Part shown: positions 30,422 to 40,998 of the stretch, in pieces
Position numbering within the stretch: position 1 is the first letter of the stretch
Layout: each line of letters starts with the position of its first letter
IMG/VR virus record: IMGVR_UViG_638275431_000001
Coordinates: 83,196 to 147,195 of that record
Length of the DNA stretch: 64,000 nucleotides
Direction: 5' to 3' (one strand)
Origin: a virus
Taxonomy: Duplodnaviria; Heunggongvirae; Uroviricota; Caudoviricetes; Straboviridae
Made by a program: the position numbers and the translations under genes
The notes under the pieces: model-generated
What the model saw: the letters and a program-made list of their open reading frames with translations, nothing else
Database searches by the model: none
What the model was told of the DNA's origin: nothing

Positions 30422-32118
30422 TGGCTACTCAAAAGACACTAAGAGACTTGAGAAGAGATAGACACAGAGATTCTGAACAATCTAAAATCAAAACTGCTTT
30501 AGAAAATCCGCCAGACAACACTGGCGATCTTTTAGCTGCATCTGAGCTTATATCAGAAACAGTTGAGCAAGGTAATTCAGAACTTCGTAAAATAGTTAAC
30601 AACACTTCTGAAACCGAAAATATTGCTGCTGCAACAGAACTTTCCGCGGAAGCCACTGAAATTTCTAATCAGCACTTGAAGGAGATTTCAGATACTTCCA
30701 AGAAAACATTTAGCAAACTAAGTGAATTTGCCGAAAAGCTAAAAAACAATTTCTTAGCGGACGTTGAAAAAAATCCAATTACGGCAACAAACACTAGTGA
30801 CCAAACAGCTAAAAAGATAGTAGAGGAAGAAGAACAAACACCCAAAAATAACCCAGTTTTAGGGTATTTGAAAACTATTTCTGAAGATATCAAATTCCTG
30901 AAAAACGATAAGCCGAAGGAAGAAGAAAAAGAGGATAAAGTTAAACCAGACAAAGAAGAAAACGTTGAAAGTGCGATTGACCGAATCGGCGATCGTATCG
31001 TATCGTCAGTCGATAATGGTTTTAAGAAAACTATTAACATTGCCGATTCAATAAGTTCAATGTTGTTCAAATACACTTTGACTGCTGTTCTCAATTTTGC
31101 CAAAATGGCTGCACTCGTGCTTTCCTTGATTATGACATTTGACGTTTTATCTCGTCATTTTACTCATTGGACTAAAATGTTTGAAGAGAATTACGCCGAA
31201 TTTAAAAATCAATTGGGCTCTTTAGCAACACCGTTTGAAAATGTTCATGGAGTTATAACAGACCTGATGAATTATTTCAAGAGTGATGAATATACAAAAA
31301 TGTTTGTTCGTCTTGCTGAAGGTGCCTTTGACCAAATGAAATATATGGTCAATATGATGATGGTTGGTTTGGCCAAACTTGGCGCAACTATATTAAGAGC
31401 TCTCGGCGCAGATGAAAAAGCTGATTCGCTTGAAGCTTCTGCAATATCAGTTGCTGCATCAGAAGTCGGATACACTCCTTCAAAAGAAGAGGAAGAAGTA
31501 ATCGGCCGTGTTAGAAAACGCGAAGCTGAAGATGCAAATAACACTGAAGCTAATTGGTTTGAAAAGCAATGGCGTAAAGTGAATGGGGAAGATGAAGAGA
31601 CCCCTGATGAGAAAGAAAAGCGCGAAAAACGTATGGAAATTGCCAAAAATACTACAGCAGAGCAATTTGGCAGATATGACGTGTTAAGTGGAAAAATAAA
31701 CCATGTCGGTGTTACTGCTAAAAAGAATGAAACTTCTCCTGAATTATTGAACAAACATCGCGAGTTGCTCGATGATCGTTCGAATGAAGTTGAACAGTCT
31801 TATCAAGAAGGTAAGTTGACTAAGGAATCTTATGAACAACTTAGAGTGGAAATAGACAAACAGACTAAATTCTTGGCAGAGCACGAGAAAACATTGGTTG
31901 TGCCGACAGCTGCAATAAAACCTGCTCCTGAACCGGAGGTTTCGACTGTTAAATCTATCGATAAAGAAGAGAAAAGAGTTGAAAGCAAGAAGCAAGAGGC
32001 AGCCAGTCAAACCAACTATCACACGAAGGCTAACATTGTCAAAAATCAAAATCAAACAATTGTCCAGGCTCCAAGAACGTCTTCGCCTGGGCCTGGTATA
32101 GGAAATAACATCTTATGA
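30421..32118 (+). CDS. gp29: Baseplate hub / tape measure gp29
   Basis: SDLLAASELISETVEQGNSELR; SMLFKYTLTAVLNFAKMAA; synteny. Confidence 0.9.
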   Translation: MATQKTLRDLRRDRHRDSEQSKIKTALENPPDNTGDLLAASELISETVEQGNSELRKIVNNTSETENIAAATELSAEATEISNQHLKEISDTSKKTFSKLSEFAEKLKNNFLADVEKNPITATNTSDQTAKKIVEEEEQTPKNNPVLGYLKTISEDIKFLKNDKPKEEEKEDKVKPDKEENVESAIDRIGDRIVSSVDNGFKKTINIADSISSMLFKYTLTAVLNFAKMAALVLSLIMTFDVLSRHFTHWTKMFEENYAEFKNQLGSLATPFENVHGVITDLMNYFKSDEYTKMFVRLAEGAFDQMKYMVNMMMVGLAKLGATILRALGADEKADSLEASAISVAASEVGYTPSKEEEEVIGRVRKREAEDANNTEANWFEKQWRKVNGEDEETPDEKEKREKRMEIAKNTTAEQFGRYDVLSGKINHVGVTAKKNETSPELLNKHRELLDDRSNEVEQSYQEGKLTKESYEQLRVEIDKQTKFLAEHEKTLVVPTAAIKPAPEPEVSTVKSIDKEEKRVESKKQEAASQTNYHTKANIVKNQNQTIVQAPRTSSPGPGIGNNIL

Positions 32119-33143
32119 GAGTAACCGAACTTTTAGATGGCGGGATTCAGGATGTGGTAGGCGGAATATTGAAAGGAGAGAACCCGGCAACGGGTTCTTC
32201 ACCTCGCAGGCCTATTAGCAAAATTGCCATAGCCCAATTCCCTGCCGAGAGAAATTCAGCGAATGACTCTGCGCAAGATTTCAATGTTAATGATCTGTAT
32301 AAAAACGGTTTGATATTGTCAGCATTTAACTATGCCGGCAGACAGACTGGAGATTTGCGATCGTTTAGATCAGGTCAAAATAACATTGGCGATTATCGTA
32401 AGGGTGTTGTCAAGGAAGCTATAGCTAACATCCTGATGCCTCGGGGACAGACTGATGTAGATACTATTAGCCATAAATTCAATGATGTCCAGCAATCACT
32501 GGTTGAACGAGGTGACAGCTCTGTAACCGGAGCATTGAGCTCGATGGCTTCTCATGCTCTGTATGGAGGATTGGAGTCTATTACCCAAGGAGCATTTGCT
32601 GACCGAGGCGAACAAGTATATATCGCATCCAGGGCAATGTATGCTGGCGCAGAGAATCGTACAAAAACATATACTTGGCAATTGACACCACGTAATGTAT
32701 ACGATCTGATGCAAATTTTGACAATTTATGAGATGCTTTCGTATTATTCGTATGGTGCAGTCGAAAAGTCAAAAACAGCGAGTCAAATAAAAAGCACTCT
32801 TGACAACGCATACAAAGAAACATTCATTAACCCACTCACACCAGAAGCAACTCATGGACAAACTACGATGTTTGAAAGAATAACATCGTTTTTGAGTAAT
32901 GTCAACGTTGTCTCTAATCCAATTATTTGGACTATTAGAAATTTTGGTGAGACGAGTTCGTTTGATATGCGATCTGATATGTTTGGTCCGGCACAAATAC
33001 AAAGCATACGATTTGACAAGAGCCCTGATGGTCACTTTGGCGGTTTAGCCATAGCGCCCAATTTGCCTTCAAGTTTTGTGCTTGAAGTCACATTCAGAGA
33101 GATTCTTGCTCTTAATCGATCTGATCTATATGATGAGGAATAA
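32115..33143 (+). CDS. gp48: Baseplate tail tube cap gp48
   Basis: AQFPAERNSANDS, ANILMPR, FGPAQIQSIRFDKSPDGHF. Confidence 0.93.
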   Translation: MRVTELLDGGIQDVVGGILKGENPATGSSPRRPISKIAIAQFPAERNSANDSAQDFNVNDLYKNGLILSAFNYAGRQTGDLRSFRSGQNNIGDYRKGVVKEAIANILMPRGQTDVDTISHKFNDVQQSLVERGDSSVTGALSSMASHALYGGLESITQGAFADRGEQVYIASRAMYAGAENRTKTYTWQLTPRNVYDLMQILTIYEMLSYYSYGAVEKSKTASQIKSTLDNAYKETFINPLTPEATHGQTTMFERITSFLSNVNVVSNPIIWTIRNFGETSSFDMRSDMFGPAQIQSIRFDKSPDGHFGGLAIAPNLPSSFVLEVTFREILALNRSDLYDEE

Positions 33144-33145
33144 TC

Positions 33146-34003
33146 ATGTATAAGCTGGATGAATTTCAACAAGAATTAAATAAAGACTTTCAGAGAACGA
33201 ATATGTTCTCTGTTGTTTTTGCCACAACTCCATCATCTAAAACAACCGATTTACTTGACGGATTTGGTGCGTACCTCTACAACAATCTTCCGTTTGGGAA
33301 AGATTTCGCTGGGCTGACGCAAGGTATGCTTTCAAGTACCTTGAATAAAGTTATAGTTCAAGGTACGCAAAATATCATACGCAAATCAGGTGTTTCAAAA
33401 TATTTGATTGGTGCAATGACATCTCGAACTATACAGTCCCTACTTGGTCAATTTGAAGTTGGTACGTATTTGCTTGACTTTTTCAATGCGGGTAATACAC
33501 ATACTGGTTTAACTGTTTATTCTGTAAAAATGCCAGAAAACCGCTTGAATTATGAAATGGATAAATTTCACAATGCTCCAAACATCAAACTAATGGGACG
33601 CGAGTATGATCCTCTCATAATTAGCTTCAGAATGGACCATCAAGCGGCCAATTACCGGGCCATGCAGGATTGGGTAAATGCTGTCGAAGATCCTGTTACT
33701 GGGCTGCGCTCGTTGCCTGCTGATGTTGAAGCAGATATACAAGTGAATTTGCACGCTCGAGACGGTATGCCCCACACCGTGACAATGTTCAACGGATGCA
33801 TACCTGTTAGCGTATCAGCGCCTGAACTTAGCTACGAGGATAACAATGCTATTACAACGTTTGACGTTACGTTTGCATATCGAGTGATGAATACCGGCGC
33901 AGTTAATCAGGCAATGCTTGAAGACTGGCTTAAGGGTGATTTATTGCCTGAACTTGGTAAACAGGCTGGTGGATGGTTATCAAAATTTGGTTCATTTGGA
34001 TAA
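33146..34003 (+). CDS. gp54: Tail tube initiator gp54
   Basis: MYKLDEFQQELNKDFQRTNMFSVVFATTPS...MQDWVNAVEDPVTGLR. Confidence 0.95.
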   Translation: MYKLDEFQQELNKDFQRTNMFSVVFATTPSSKTTDLLDGFGAYLYNNLPFGKDFAGLTQGMLSSTLNKVIVQGTQNIIRKSGVSKYLIGAMTSRTIQSLLGQFEVGTYLLDFFNAGNTHTGLTVYSVKMPENRLNYEMDKFHNAPNIKLMGREYDPLIISFRMDHQAANYRAMQDWVNAVEDPVTGLRSLPADVEADIQVNLHARDGMPHTVTMFNGCIPVSVSAPELSYEDNNAITTFDVTFAYRVMNTGAVNQAMLEDWLKGDLLPELGKQAGGWLSKFGSFG

Positions 34004-34004
34004 C

Positions 34005-34033
34005 AAAAAGGGAGCCATACGGCTCCCTTTTTT
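34005..34033. terminator. Bidirectional terminator between gp54 and alt
   Basis: aaaaagggagcc-atac-ggctcccttttttt. Confidence 0.85.
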
Positions 34034-35993
34034 ATTCTATTACCTGGACAAATTTGCTTTCTCCACCTAAATCGATGAGAGTTGACAAATAATTGTCTCT
34101 TTGTATCTTTTCAGCTTTGAGTCTTTCTTTTTCTTCATCTTCACGCGATTTCATGAATCCGGAAAAACCTTCAATCAGTTTGACTTCACCTGTTTGCATT
34201 AGCAAATCACCGTCGTAAATCTCTGTTGATTCGTCGATTTGACTTTTGAAAACGGCAGAACAATCTATCAGATATTTCCTTTTTCCTTCAGCAAATTCAC
34301 CGACATTACTGACTTTTTTAAATTCGAAAATTGTTCCTCGTGGAAGAATAATTTCGCGTTCTTCCTGATATTTCGACATTCCGTTAACTATAAGAGCTGG
34401 GACCTGGACATTTTTGATAGCAAATGCAAACTGGGCCCCGCGTTTTTCGGCTGATTCAATACGCGCTTCGTCATTTTCGTTGGCATTGAGAATGTCAATT
34501 TCAAACGAGGAAATAGACCCACCTAAAAATACAATGGGAACAGCAGAACATGACACATAGGTTAAGAAAAATAAAACCATTTTTATTTTTCTAAAGCTAC
34601 TTTTAGCTGGATATTTTGCGCATGACATACCCCGCCAAAGTGTGAGATTCTCAGGAAGTTTAATACCCGCAATGTCAAAAGCTTGGTCGAGATTCTGTAT
34701 ATCCTTTTGGGTGTTAGCTGATGGTTTTCTGTTGGCGATGAAAACTTCGTTAATTTTCTTATAGTCGTTTGAAGTGTAATTTTGTATAGCAACAACGCAT
34801 TCAGGCGGCAATCTTTTTCTCATTTTCACACTGCCGACAGTATTATCGAATTTTTTCCCAAGATAACCCGCCCACCCCGCAATAGCGCGTCTCACATCCT
34901 GATAAACCATGAAATCGACTTTTCCTTCTTCACACCCCGGGTGTGCATCTGGAAGATTTTCATCTACCCATTCCTGTGCGGCTTTCTCTGACGTTTGACG
35001 AACTGTCTCCGCATAGAGAGCAAGCAATTCATGGCTTGACGCATCATATTTGTCAAAGTCAATTTTGTCAAGAGAATTAGCATCGATAAAATTAGAGAAT
35101 TTGTAATAATGCGATTCCCGTATTTGTTCTTTGGTTACCGTGTTATAAGCATTGATAACTGCTTCCTCAGCATCGCTAGTTGGCGGCTTTTTCTCGACTG
35201 GGCCAACACCGAAGTGGTCGTAGTAATTGTTTTCCTTGTCATAAGAGGCAATACTGGTCGTGAATGCCTTAATCAAATCTTCACGCGGAATTTTGAAGTT
35301 TGTCATTGACTTAGTAGAGCGTTTTTCTTCTCTCTTTTCAATTGACCCAGCAATAGCTTCTGCCTTTGTAACTTTTTCACCAGTTTTCACATCAATGACG
35401 ACATCACCCACACTGGTAGATGAAACCGTATAAAGCTCAGGATCAATTTCTAATCCTTTGACACTTGTGATTCCTGTTGATTTTCGATAAATCATAATGT
35501 ATGTATATTTTTTGCCTCTTTCCAGCAATTCTGGCAAAACAATAAACTTTCCACCTGATCGTTTTTGCAAAAGCCGGGCCGTAATTCGCGCAATATTTTT
35601 AGCTTGGCCTTTCAGCGCCTTTGTCGGAAACATCAGAAGCGTTGCATCCATTCTATAACTGACAAGCATATTAACGATTTCGTCAGTTATCATATTCATT
35701 GCGCCAATGGGGTCACTACCGAGACCATCTCTCAGAATCTGTGGTGTGCCTTTTTCTGAAATCTGGATGACCTGCGTTTGCATGAATTTATCGCCAGGTT
35801 TGACCTGCTTTGCGGAATCACCTTTTGAAGTAAAATTACAGAATCGCAAAGCCAGATTTTCTGAACCAGGAACTTGGATGTTTAATACATACGGAACTTT
35901 TGTTTTTGGCAAAAGATTGACCACTCGATATTTTCCAACCCCGCCATCAAATACCTCATCCAACTGTTCGTCTGTCATCTCAAATAACGTCAT
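34032..35993 (-). CDS. alt: Alt-like RNA polymerase ADP-ribosyltransferase (virion-packaged)
   Basis: N-terminus LDEVFD...VNLLPKTKVP; ART motifs LWRGM, YVSCS, EEREIILPRGT; position after gp54. Confidence 0.88.
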   Translation of the reverse strand: MTLFEMTDEQLDEVFDGGVGKYRVVNLLPKTKVPYVLNIQVPGSENLALRFCNFTSKGDSAKQVKPGDKFMQTQVIQISEKGTPQILRDGLGSDPIGAMNMITDEIVNMLVSYRMDATLLMFPTKALKGQAKNIARITARLLQKRSGGKFIVLPELLERGKKYTYIMIYRKSTGITSVKGLEIDPELYTVSSTSVGDVVIDVKTGEKVTKAEAIAGSIEKREEKRSTKSMTNFKIPREDLIKAFTTSIASYDKENNYYDHFGVGPVEKKPPTSDAEEAVINAYNTVTKEQIRESHYYKFSNFIDANSLDKIDFDKYDASSHELLALYAETVRQTSEKAAQEWVDENLPDAHPGCEEGKVDFMVYQDVRRAIAGWAGYLGKKFDNTVGSVKMRKRLPPECVVAIQNYTSNDYKKINEVFIANRKPSANTQKDIQNLDQAFDIAGIKLPENLTLWRGMSCAKYPAKSSFRKIKMVLFFLTYVSCSAVPIVFLGGSISSFEIDILNANENDEARIESAEKRGAQFAFAIKNVQVPALIVNGMSKYQEEREIILPRGTIFEFKKVSNVGEFAEGKRKYLIDCSAVFKSQIDESTEIYDGDLLMQTGEVKLIEGFSGFMKSREDEEKERLKAEKIQRDNYLSTLIDLGGESKFVQVIE

Positions 35994-36023
35994 TTTGTTT
36001 TCCTTATAAGTCTAAAATGTTAT

Positions 36024-36929
36024 TTACACTACTAATGTTGTTCCACCGAATTGGCTTAGTGGAACTGCTTTTGCTTTGACAAAACAAAAACTGTCGCCGT
36101 GAGACACATATTCTAAAATCTCATCTATTACGAGTACAGTGTTTTTGTCCAAAATTACCTCGCACTCCTCCATGTAGGGACTAATGCTTCCTGGAATCAG
36201 GTGTTTCACGTTATAGCAGTCAATATGCATGTTTATAGTGACAGCTCGATGTGGGTCGCCATCGATAACAATTTCTTGTGTGATTTCGTTAAAATCGAGA
36301 TGTCTGCATTGCGCAATGCCGTAATTGAAAAAAATCGGACAAAATGATGTTGATACGAAATTTTTAAAGAGAATAGACCCACTATCTTTAAATTTCATAT
36401 AATCTGCCTTATTGAGAGACATTCCTCTCCATACCGATTTATTAAAATTCTCAGATTCTGCCATATGTGAATCCATGCGTCGTATGCACTCAGTTACGAA
36501 TTTTTTATTTGCATCGTCGAATATTCCAGATCGCAAAGCGGCAGAAACGTTTGAAAATTCTTCATCACAATAACTAGACACGTAGTCGTCATATTTTTTT
36601 AAAGTGCATATAGAATGGCAACTGTCAACGTATCGTTGTTCGGCTATACGATTGCACATTCTAATTATATCTGGGGAGTTTTTACCATGAAAGTCAAAAA
36701 TCAGCCGCACTTGCTCATATGACCCCAATTCCAAATTCATCCATGGCATGTGTCCATGCCTGCTAACATCATGAGAATATTCTACGTTTTTACATGCCCA
36801 CTCTAATTCTTCAAAAGTTATTGGGGCATTTATTGTGTCCACCGTGTACCCGCTGAATGACGGATAACGCGATTTGAAAAATTTAAGCTGTTCAATATCT
36901 ACAGGTACAACAGTTGAAGGGTTTAGCAT
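36024..36929 (-). CDS. Second R-S-E class ADP-ribosyltransferase (Alt/Mod/VIP2-like domain with a novel N-terminus)
   Basis: VWRGMS, FKNFVSTSF, EECEVILDKNT; RBS GGAG. Confidence 0.8.
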   Translation of the reverse strand: MLNPSTVVPVDIEQLKFFKSRYPSFSGYTVDTINAPITFEELEWACKNVEYSHDVSRHGHMPWMNLELGSYEQVRLIFDFHGKNSPDIIRMCNRIAEQRYVDSCHSICTLKKYDDYVSSYCDEEFSNVSAALRSGIFDDANKKFVTECIRRMDSHMAESENFNKSVWRGMSLNKADYMKFKDSGSILFKNFVSTSFCPIFFNYGIAQCRHLDFNEITQEIVIDGDPHRAVTINMHIDCYNVKHLIPGSISPYMEECEVILDKNTVLVIDEILEYVSHGDSFCFVKAKAVPLSQFGGTTLVV

Positions 36930-36942
36930 AATTTTCTCCAAT

Positions 36943-36960
36943 AAGCTCCCGAAGGAGCTT
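36943..36960 (-). terminator. Hairpin terminator (UUCG) upstream of the second ART
   Basis: aagctcc-cgaa-ggagctt. Confidence 0.6.
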
Positions 36961-37225
36961 ATTCACATACTTTTACAAAGAACGGGAATTCGAAGTCATC
37001 CGCCCGAATAGCCATATCAGCAACACGAGTCATGCGAATAACTTTCATTGCTCGAATGCTATTGTTGCCAAAACGACTATCATTTGGAATAGTGGCATAA
37101 AACTCGTTTTCAGAGTTTTTGGGAAGTCGCGACAACAGAACCTTGGTTGCTTCCTCGAAAGCAGTTTGAGCGTCAGCACCTTCGCCGGTATGTTCTTCAA
37201 AGTCGTATCGAACTTTAACAATCAT
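36959..37225 (-). CDS. Hypothetical early protein (88 aa)
   Basis: Own promoter (37256-37285), RBS GGAG, flanked by terminators. Confidence 0.75.
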   Translation of the reverse strand: MIVKVRYDFEEHTGEGADAQTAFEEATKVLLSRLPKNSENEFYATIPNDSRFGNNSIRAMKVIRMTRVADMAIRADDFEFPFFVKVCE

Positions 37226-37255
37226 GTAAATTTCTCCAATGGTTTTTACATATCC

Positions 37256-37285
37256 ATTTTATCAAAGTCAAATCAATGTGTACAC
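37256..37285 (-). promoter_or_regulatory. Early promoter (GTGTACA-N17-TAAAAT)
   Basis: Recurrent motif, directly after the ligase terminator. Confidence 0.72.
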
Positions 37286-37295
37286 AACAAAAACG

Positions 37296-37318
37296 AAAAA
37301 AGGCCCGAAGGCCTTTTT
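37296..37318 (-). terminator. Intrinsic terminator after DNA ligase
   Basis: Minus strand aggcc-ttcg-ggcc-tttttt. Confidence 0.8.
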
Positions 37319-38832
37319 CAATCCAGAATAGCATCTGGGAAAACATCATGGATATGATTTGGTTTTGATTTATCACGTCGGATGAGTTGGAAAATAGGAA
37401 GAAACAGCTTGAATTTTGCTTCGTCTGGCTTGCGGCCTTTTCTCTCTTGCAACCCGTTGCATTTGCATTGAACAATCTGGCCGATCAACTCATTTTTTAT
37501 CAGCATAAGCGCTTGGCGGTCATATTCATGTCTTTCGCTGATAGGAATTTCGACTTTAGCGCCGTTTACCTTTTTATGCGTTGTGTCTTTTAAGCCGGAA
37601 CCGCATCGAACCCTGATTTGACCTGAAGAATCTTCCAGAACAAAGCCACCTACCTTCGACGCATCTTTTCGATGAGGATAAACTTCGACAATCTTCAAAT
37701 CAATTTCTACTTCTACCTTGAATTTGATTTGGTCAGTTGTTCTCGCGTTTGCCCACAGTCCATCTTTATTTTTAAGGATGATACCTTCTCGGTCTTGATC
37801 AACATACCGTTGATAAATTTTTATAGCTTGTTCATATGTCTCAACTTCTTCAGATTCGATGAGTTGAATGTTTTGATATTTTTGGGTACCATCGAAAGCT
37901 TCAGTCAGACAAGCAAGAGTACCAAATCGATTCTCGTAGTACAATTTGCTCTTTTCACGCTCATAATAAACTTCCTGTGGAATAATATCCCATACGTTAA
38001 AAATCATTTCTGATTGTTCAACGTCGCTAATTGTTCCATTTAGAGCTTTATTACTTAAACCATTGGACTTGTTTCGATCTGATTCGATTTCTTCTTCATT
38101 TGTCTCAGGAATTCCAAACAGATCATCCAACGTATGTTGTTTAGCTGTTTTAATGGATGCATGTGATGGCGCTCGATGAATCAGTTCACCGTCTATAACA
38201 AAATCACCATAGTGGGGCAAAGTCTCTCTGACAACCTGGGCGAGTTCCTTCAACTGCGATGTAATGTCATATAACTTCAGATATTCGTTACCATTCCGTG
38301 ACACCAGTGATACCTGTGAGCCATCTGCAGATACGAGAGCCATGCAACGGGCACCATCAGCTTTCAATTGAGCAATAGCAGGCCAACGGATTTTCTTCAA
38401 ATTCTTTTCACTGTATGGTGCTGCAAGAAACTGAGGTTGTTCAGGAATAATGCCAGGCCATGTTTTGTTTCCAAGAGCAACAGATGCTCCACAGTTGAGG
38501 TCCCTTGAAAGAATACGTCTGGCAACTTCACAACTAGAACTTGTCATACTGTCAAGTATCTGTTGCATATAGTGAATACCTGCGTTACCTGTCAAATTTC
38601 GCGTGGAATATTTTTTGACAAGTTCGTCACAGAAATTTTCCAAACTCATAGGTCCAACTGAACCGCCGAAATTCAAACCTTTTGGTGTAATGCCGTACGT
38701 TAACTGGCGGTTATATGCAAGGGTGAAAACGGTTTTAAGAAGTTTATTTTCTTTGTTGCGGTTCAGGATTTTTTCTTTTTCTTTTGATGAATCAGTTGAG
38801 GAAATTTCGTTCAGAATGTCTAAAATATGCAT
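37318..38832 (-). CDS. gp30: ATP-dependent DNA ligase gp30
   Basis: Motif I QLKADGARC, VIDGEL, EGIILKN, KFK, LFLPIF. Confidence 0.97.
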   Translation of the reverse strand: MHILDILNEISSTDSSKEKEKILNRNKENKLLKTVFTLAYNRQLTYGITPKGLNFGGSVGPMSLENFCDELVKKYSTRNLTGNAGIHYMQQILDSMTSSSCEVARRILSRDLNCGASVALGNKTWPGIIPEQPQFLAAPYSEKNLKKIRWPAIAQLKADGARCMALVSADGSQVSLVSRNGNEYLKLYDITSQLKELAQVVRETLPHYGDFVIDGELIHRAPSHASIKTAKQHTLDDLFGIPETNEEEIESDRNKSNGLSNKALNGTISDVEQSEMIFNVWDIIPQEVYYEREKSKLYYENRFGTLACLTEAFDGTQKYQNIQLIESEEVETYEQAIKIYQRYVDQDREGIILKNKDGLWANARTTDQIKFKVEVEIDLKIVEVYPHRKDASKVGGFVLEDSSGQIRVRCGSGLKDTTHKKVNGAKVEIPISERHEYDRQALMLIKNELIGQIVQCKCNGLQERKGRKPDEAKFKLFLPIFQLIRRDKSKPNHIHDVFPDAILD

Positions 38833-38833
38833 T

Positions 38834-39535
38834 TCATTTTACCTCAGAGGCGGTAGGTTTATCTTGCCAAGTCGAATGGTGTGACAAATCGATTGTATTT
38901 GGTTTTGGGTCAAGTTGAACTAATAGCTTTTCAATATCGTACCAATTTTTAGCAGTGTGATATTTGTTGATGTCATGTTTTACTTCGCGAGCGCCGTCAG
39001 TTCGAAGCATATGAATTTGGGGCAATTGCGACATTGCATCATGACAATCTTGGAGATTACTTACCAAATCATCAACAAAACAAACCAAACGATTTTTATA
39101 TTTTTGTTTTACGGAAATGTAATGCGGCATTTTGGTTTCGCCGATGTCAACACACAGAATGTCTTTGAACGCACCCGGGAAAAGTGTGTTCAGATTGCAA
39201 CACCGGTTGAGCAGAGCTTGGTTAGAATCACCTAATGCAGTAATGGCAATAAAGTCATACTGATCTTTCAACCGATTTACAACATCAATTGCATCGACAT
39301 ATCCAGCAAGATATTTGATGAAATCTGAGTTGTTATACTCACGCATCAAAATATTTGCAATTCGTCCATTGACACCGAACAATTCTTCACCAGTGCGGAA
39401 TCGTTCGTCGACCAGAGTTTTCAAAATTTCGTCGGTCCGAATGCCATTTTTCTGTGCGAAATACGGGAGACCGGATGTCCATTGAACCAAAACTCCGTCG
39501 ACATCAGTCAAAATAATCGGTTTTTCTTGTTGCAT
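38834..39535 (-). CDS. 30.2: gp30.2-like HAD-superfamily protein
   Basis: ILTDVDGVLVQWTSGLPYFAQK...CFVDDL. Confidence 0.88.
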   Translation of the reverse strand: MQQEKPIILTDVDGVLVQWTSGLPYFAQKNGIRTDEILKTLVDERFRTGEELFGVNGRIANILMREYNNSDFIKYLAGYVDAIDVVNRLKDQYDFIAITALGDSNQALLNRCCNLNTLFPGAFKDILCVDIGETKMPHYISVKQKYKNRLVCFVDDLVSNLQDCHDAMSQLPQIHMLRTDGAREVKHDINKYHTAKNWYDIEKLLVQLDPKPNTIDLSHHSTWQDKPTASEVK

Positions 39536-39565
39536 TATATTTCCTTTTCAAACCACTTTTGAAAT

Positions 39566-39590
39566 AAAAATGGGACCCGAAGGTCCCATT
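39566..39590 (-). terminator. Intrinsic terminator after 30.9
   Basis: Minus strand aatgggacc-ttcg-ggtcccattttt. Confidence 0.8.
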
Positions 39591-39592
39591 AA

Positions 39593-39784
39593 TCACTTTT
39601 GGCGCTTGCGACCTTCGTGCTTAGGCTGACCAAACATATCGATATGCTTGACTTGGCGCATAACGCGAGCTACCAGAGCATTGCCAGTTTGATCAACACG
39701 GCTATTGGATTTACGCTTGTAACCTTGGCGGCCGGTTTTCGGAGCTTCTACTTTTTTCTCAACTGCTTTCTTTTGCTTAGCCAT
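39593..39784 (-). CDS. 30.9: gp30.9-like basic protein
   Basis: MAKQKKAVEKKV...GYKRKSNSR, as in T4 30.9. Confidence 0.85.
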   Translation of the reverse strand: MAKQKKAVEKKVEAPKTGRQGYKRKSNSRVDQTGNALVARVMRQVKHIDMFGQPKHEGRKRQK

Positions 39785-39831
39785 TTTCATTTCCTTTTGT
39801 TTAATTTGTTTAATCTTATATTGACAATCAA

Positions 39832-40162
39832 TTAAGCATACACGACTTGAATATCTTTCCAGTGGGATGCTGACAGCTTTCGACTATTCTTCGCACTGAT
39901 TTCACCGGACAGATAGCGAGGATCGGGTACATTGTGCATACGGCCATTTTGGATCAAAACTTGCATACCTACTTTCAAATGGGCCGGGACGTCTTTACCG
40001 ACTTGAAGTGAGGTCAGCAGGGAGAGGAACTTCAGGGAAGATGGGCGTTTTTCCAAGAGCGAAATCCAGAATCTGGAAAGGATTTCATCACCAGCAGATG
40101 CCAAATTTTTTGATTCAAGAATAAGTCTTTTCAAATTGAGCAATAGGTGTTACGTTAGTCAT
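39832..40162 (-). CDS. Hypothetical protein with a probable 5' frameshift
   Basis: RBS-preceded ATG at 40162 (MTNVTPIAQFEK) is one base out of frame with the 39832-40143 ORF. Confidence 0.55.
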
Positions 40163-40363
40163 GATTTTCTCTTTAGCTGTTTTTGTGGATGGGATAATTA
40201 TAAGTTATCCCATCGTATGGCAAACTTCAGCACAAATTAAAAATTGGATTCATCTTTCTACGAGGAACCATGTATTGGTACCATGTTGGTCGGACAAAAG
40301 CTCAAATCGCGAAGAGTTTTCGACCATATCGGTCAATTCATCGGGGTTGACGGGATTTAAAAT

Positions 40364-40759
40364 TCACATAACCCATGCTTTCGGTAGAAACGGTAACGCT
40401 CTTCGACGTGACCCATTTCCAGTTGATTGCGATGGTACGCACCGATAAGGGATGCCAACGTGGGCCATACCAGTACCATTGATAGATACGAGTCGATCAA
40501 CTCGGAACGATCGCCAAGCTTTTGCTTCCAAATCGTAAACGACGACGTTCAAAATATTACTTTCTTTGCGTTCTTTCTTTTCTTCAGGTTCTGCTGCCGT
40601 AAAAGCTTTGTCACCTTTTTCAGCAACCTCAATCAGGACAGTGTCACGAGTAGCAAGCATTACCCGATGCGAATCGTCTGCTTTTCGGAAAATAAGTTCA
40701 TGTTCACCGTCAGCCAAAATAGAGAACAGCATCTGTTGAAGTACATATTGCTTAGACAT
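40364..40759 (-). CDS. 31.1: gp31.1-like SH3 beta-barrel protein (DUF2693-like)
   Basis: LIFRKADDSHRVMLATRD...VYDLEAKAWRSFRVDRLVSING, cf. T4 VFEKSDGTIRTMKGTRD...VFDVELGAWRGFSIDKLISVNG. Confidence 0.75.
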   Translation of the reverse strand: MSKQYVLQQMLFSILADGEHELIFRKADDSHRVMLATRDTVLIEVAEKGDKAFTAAEPEEKKERKESNILNVVVYDLEAKAWRSFRVDRLVSINGTGMAHVGIPYRCVPSQSTGNGSRRRALPFLPKAWVM

Positions 40760-40768
40760 TTTATTTCC

Positions 40769-40998
40769 TTACAGTGTATTTGGTTTGTTCAGCGTGTCAC
40801 GAACGATGGAATATAAATCCATCGAAACACCAGCCTCTTGAACAGCTATATGAATCTGATCGCGTGTCACATCGCCAAGATGCTTTTCTTGCATTTTCTT
40901 TGCGAAGTTGGCAATAACAGCATTTTGCATTTCTACACGAGCCTCCGAACCTTCGGGAAAAGTGATTCGAGTGCTTTAGTATCAAGTTGAATTTTCAT
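40769..40998 (-). CDS. Hypothetical protein (MKIQLDTKALESLFP...) with one missing base near 40957
   Basis: ATGA-coupled to the upstream ORF. Restoring one base gives a continuous ~76-aa ORF ending NKPNTL*. Confidence 0.55.
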
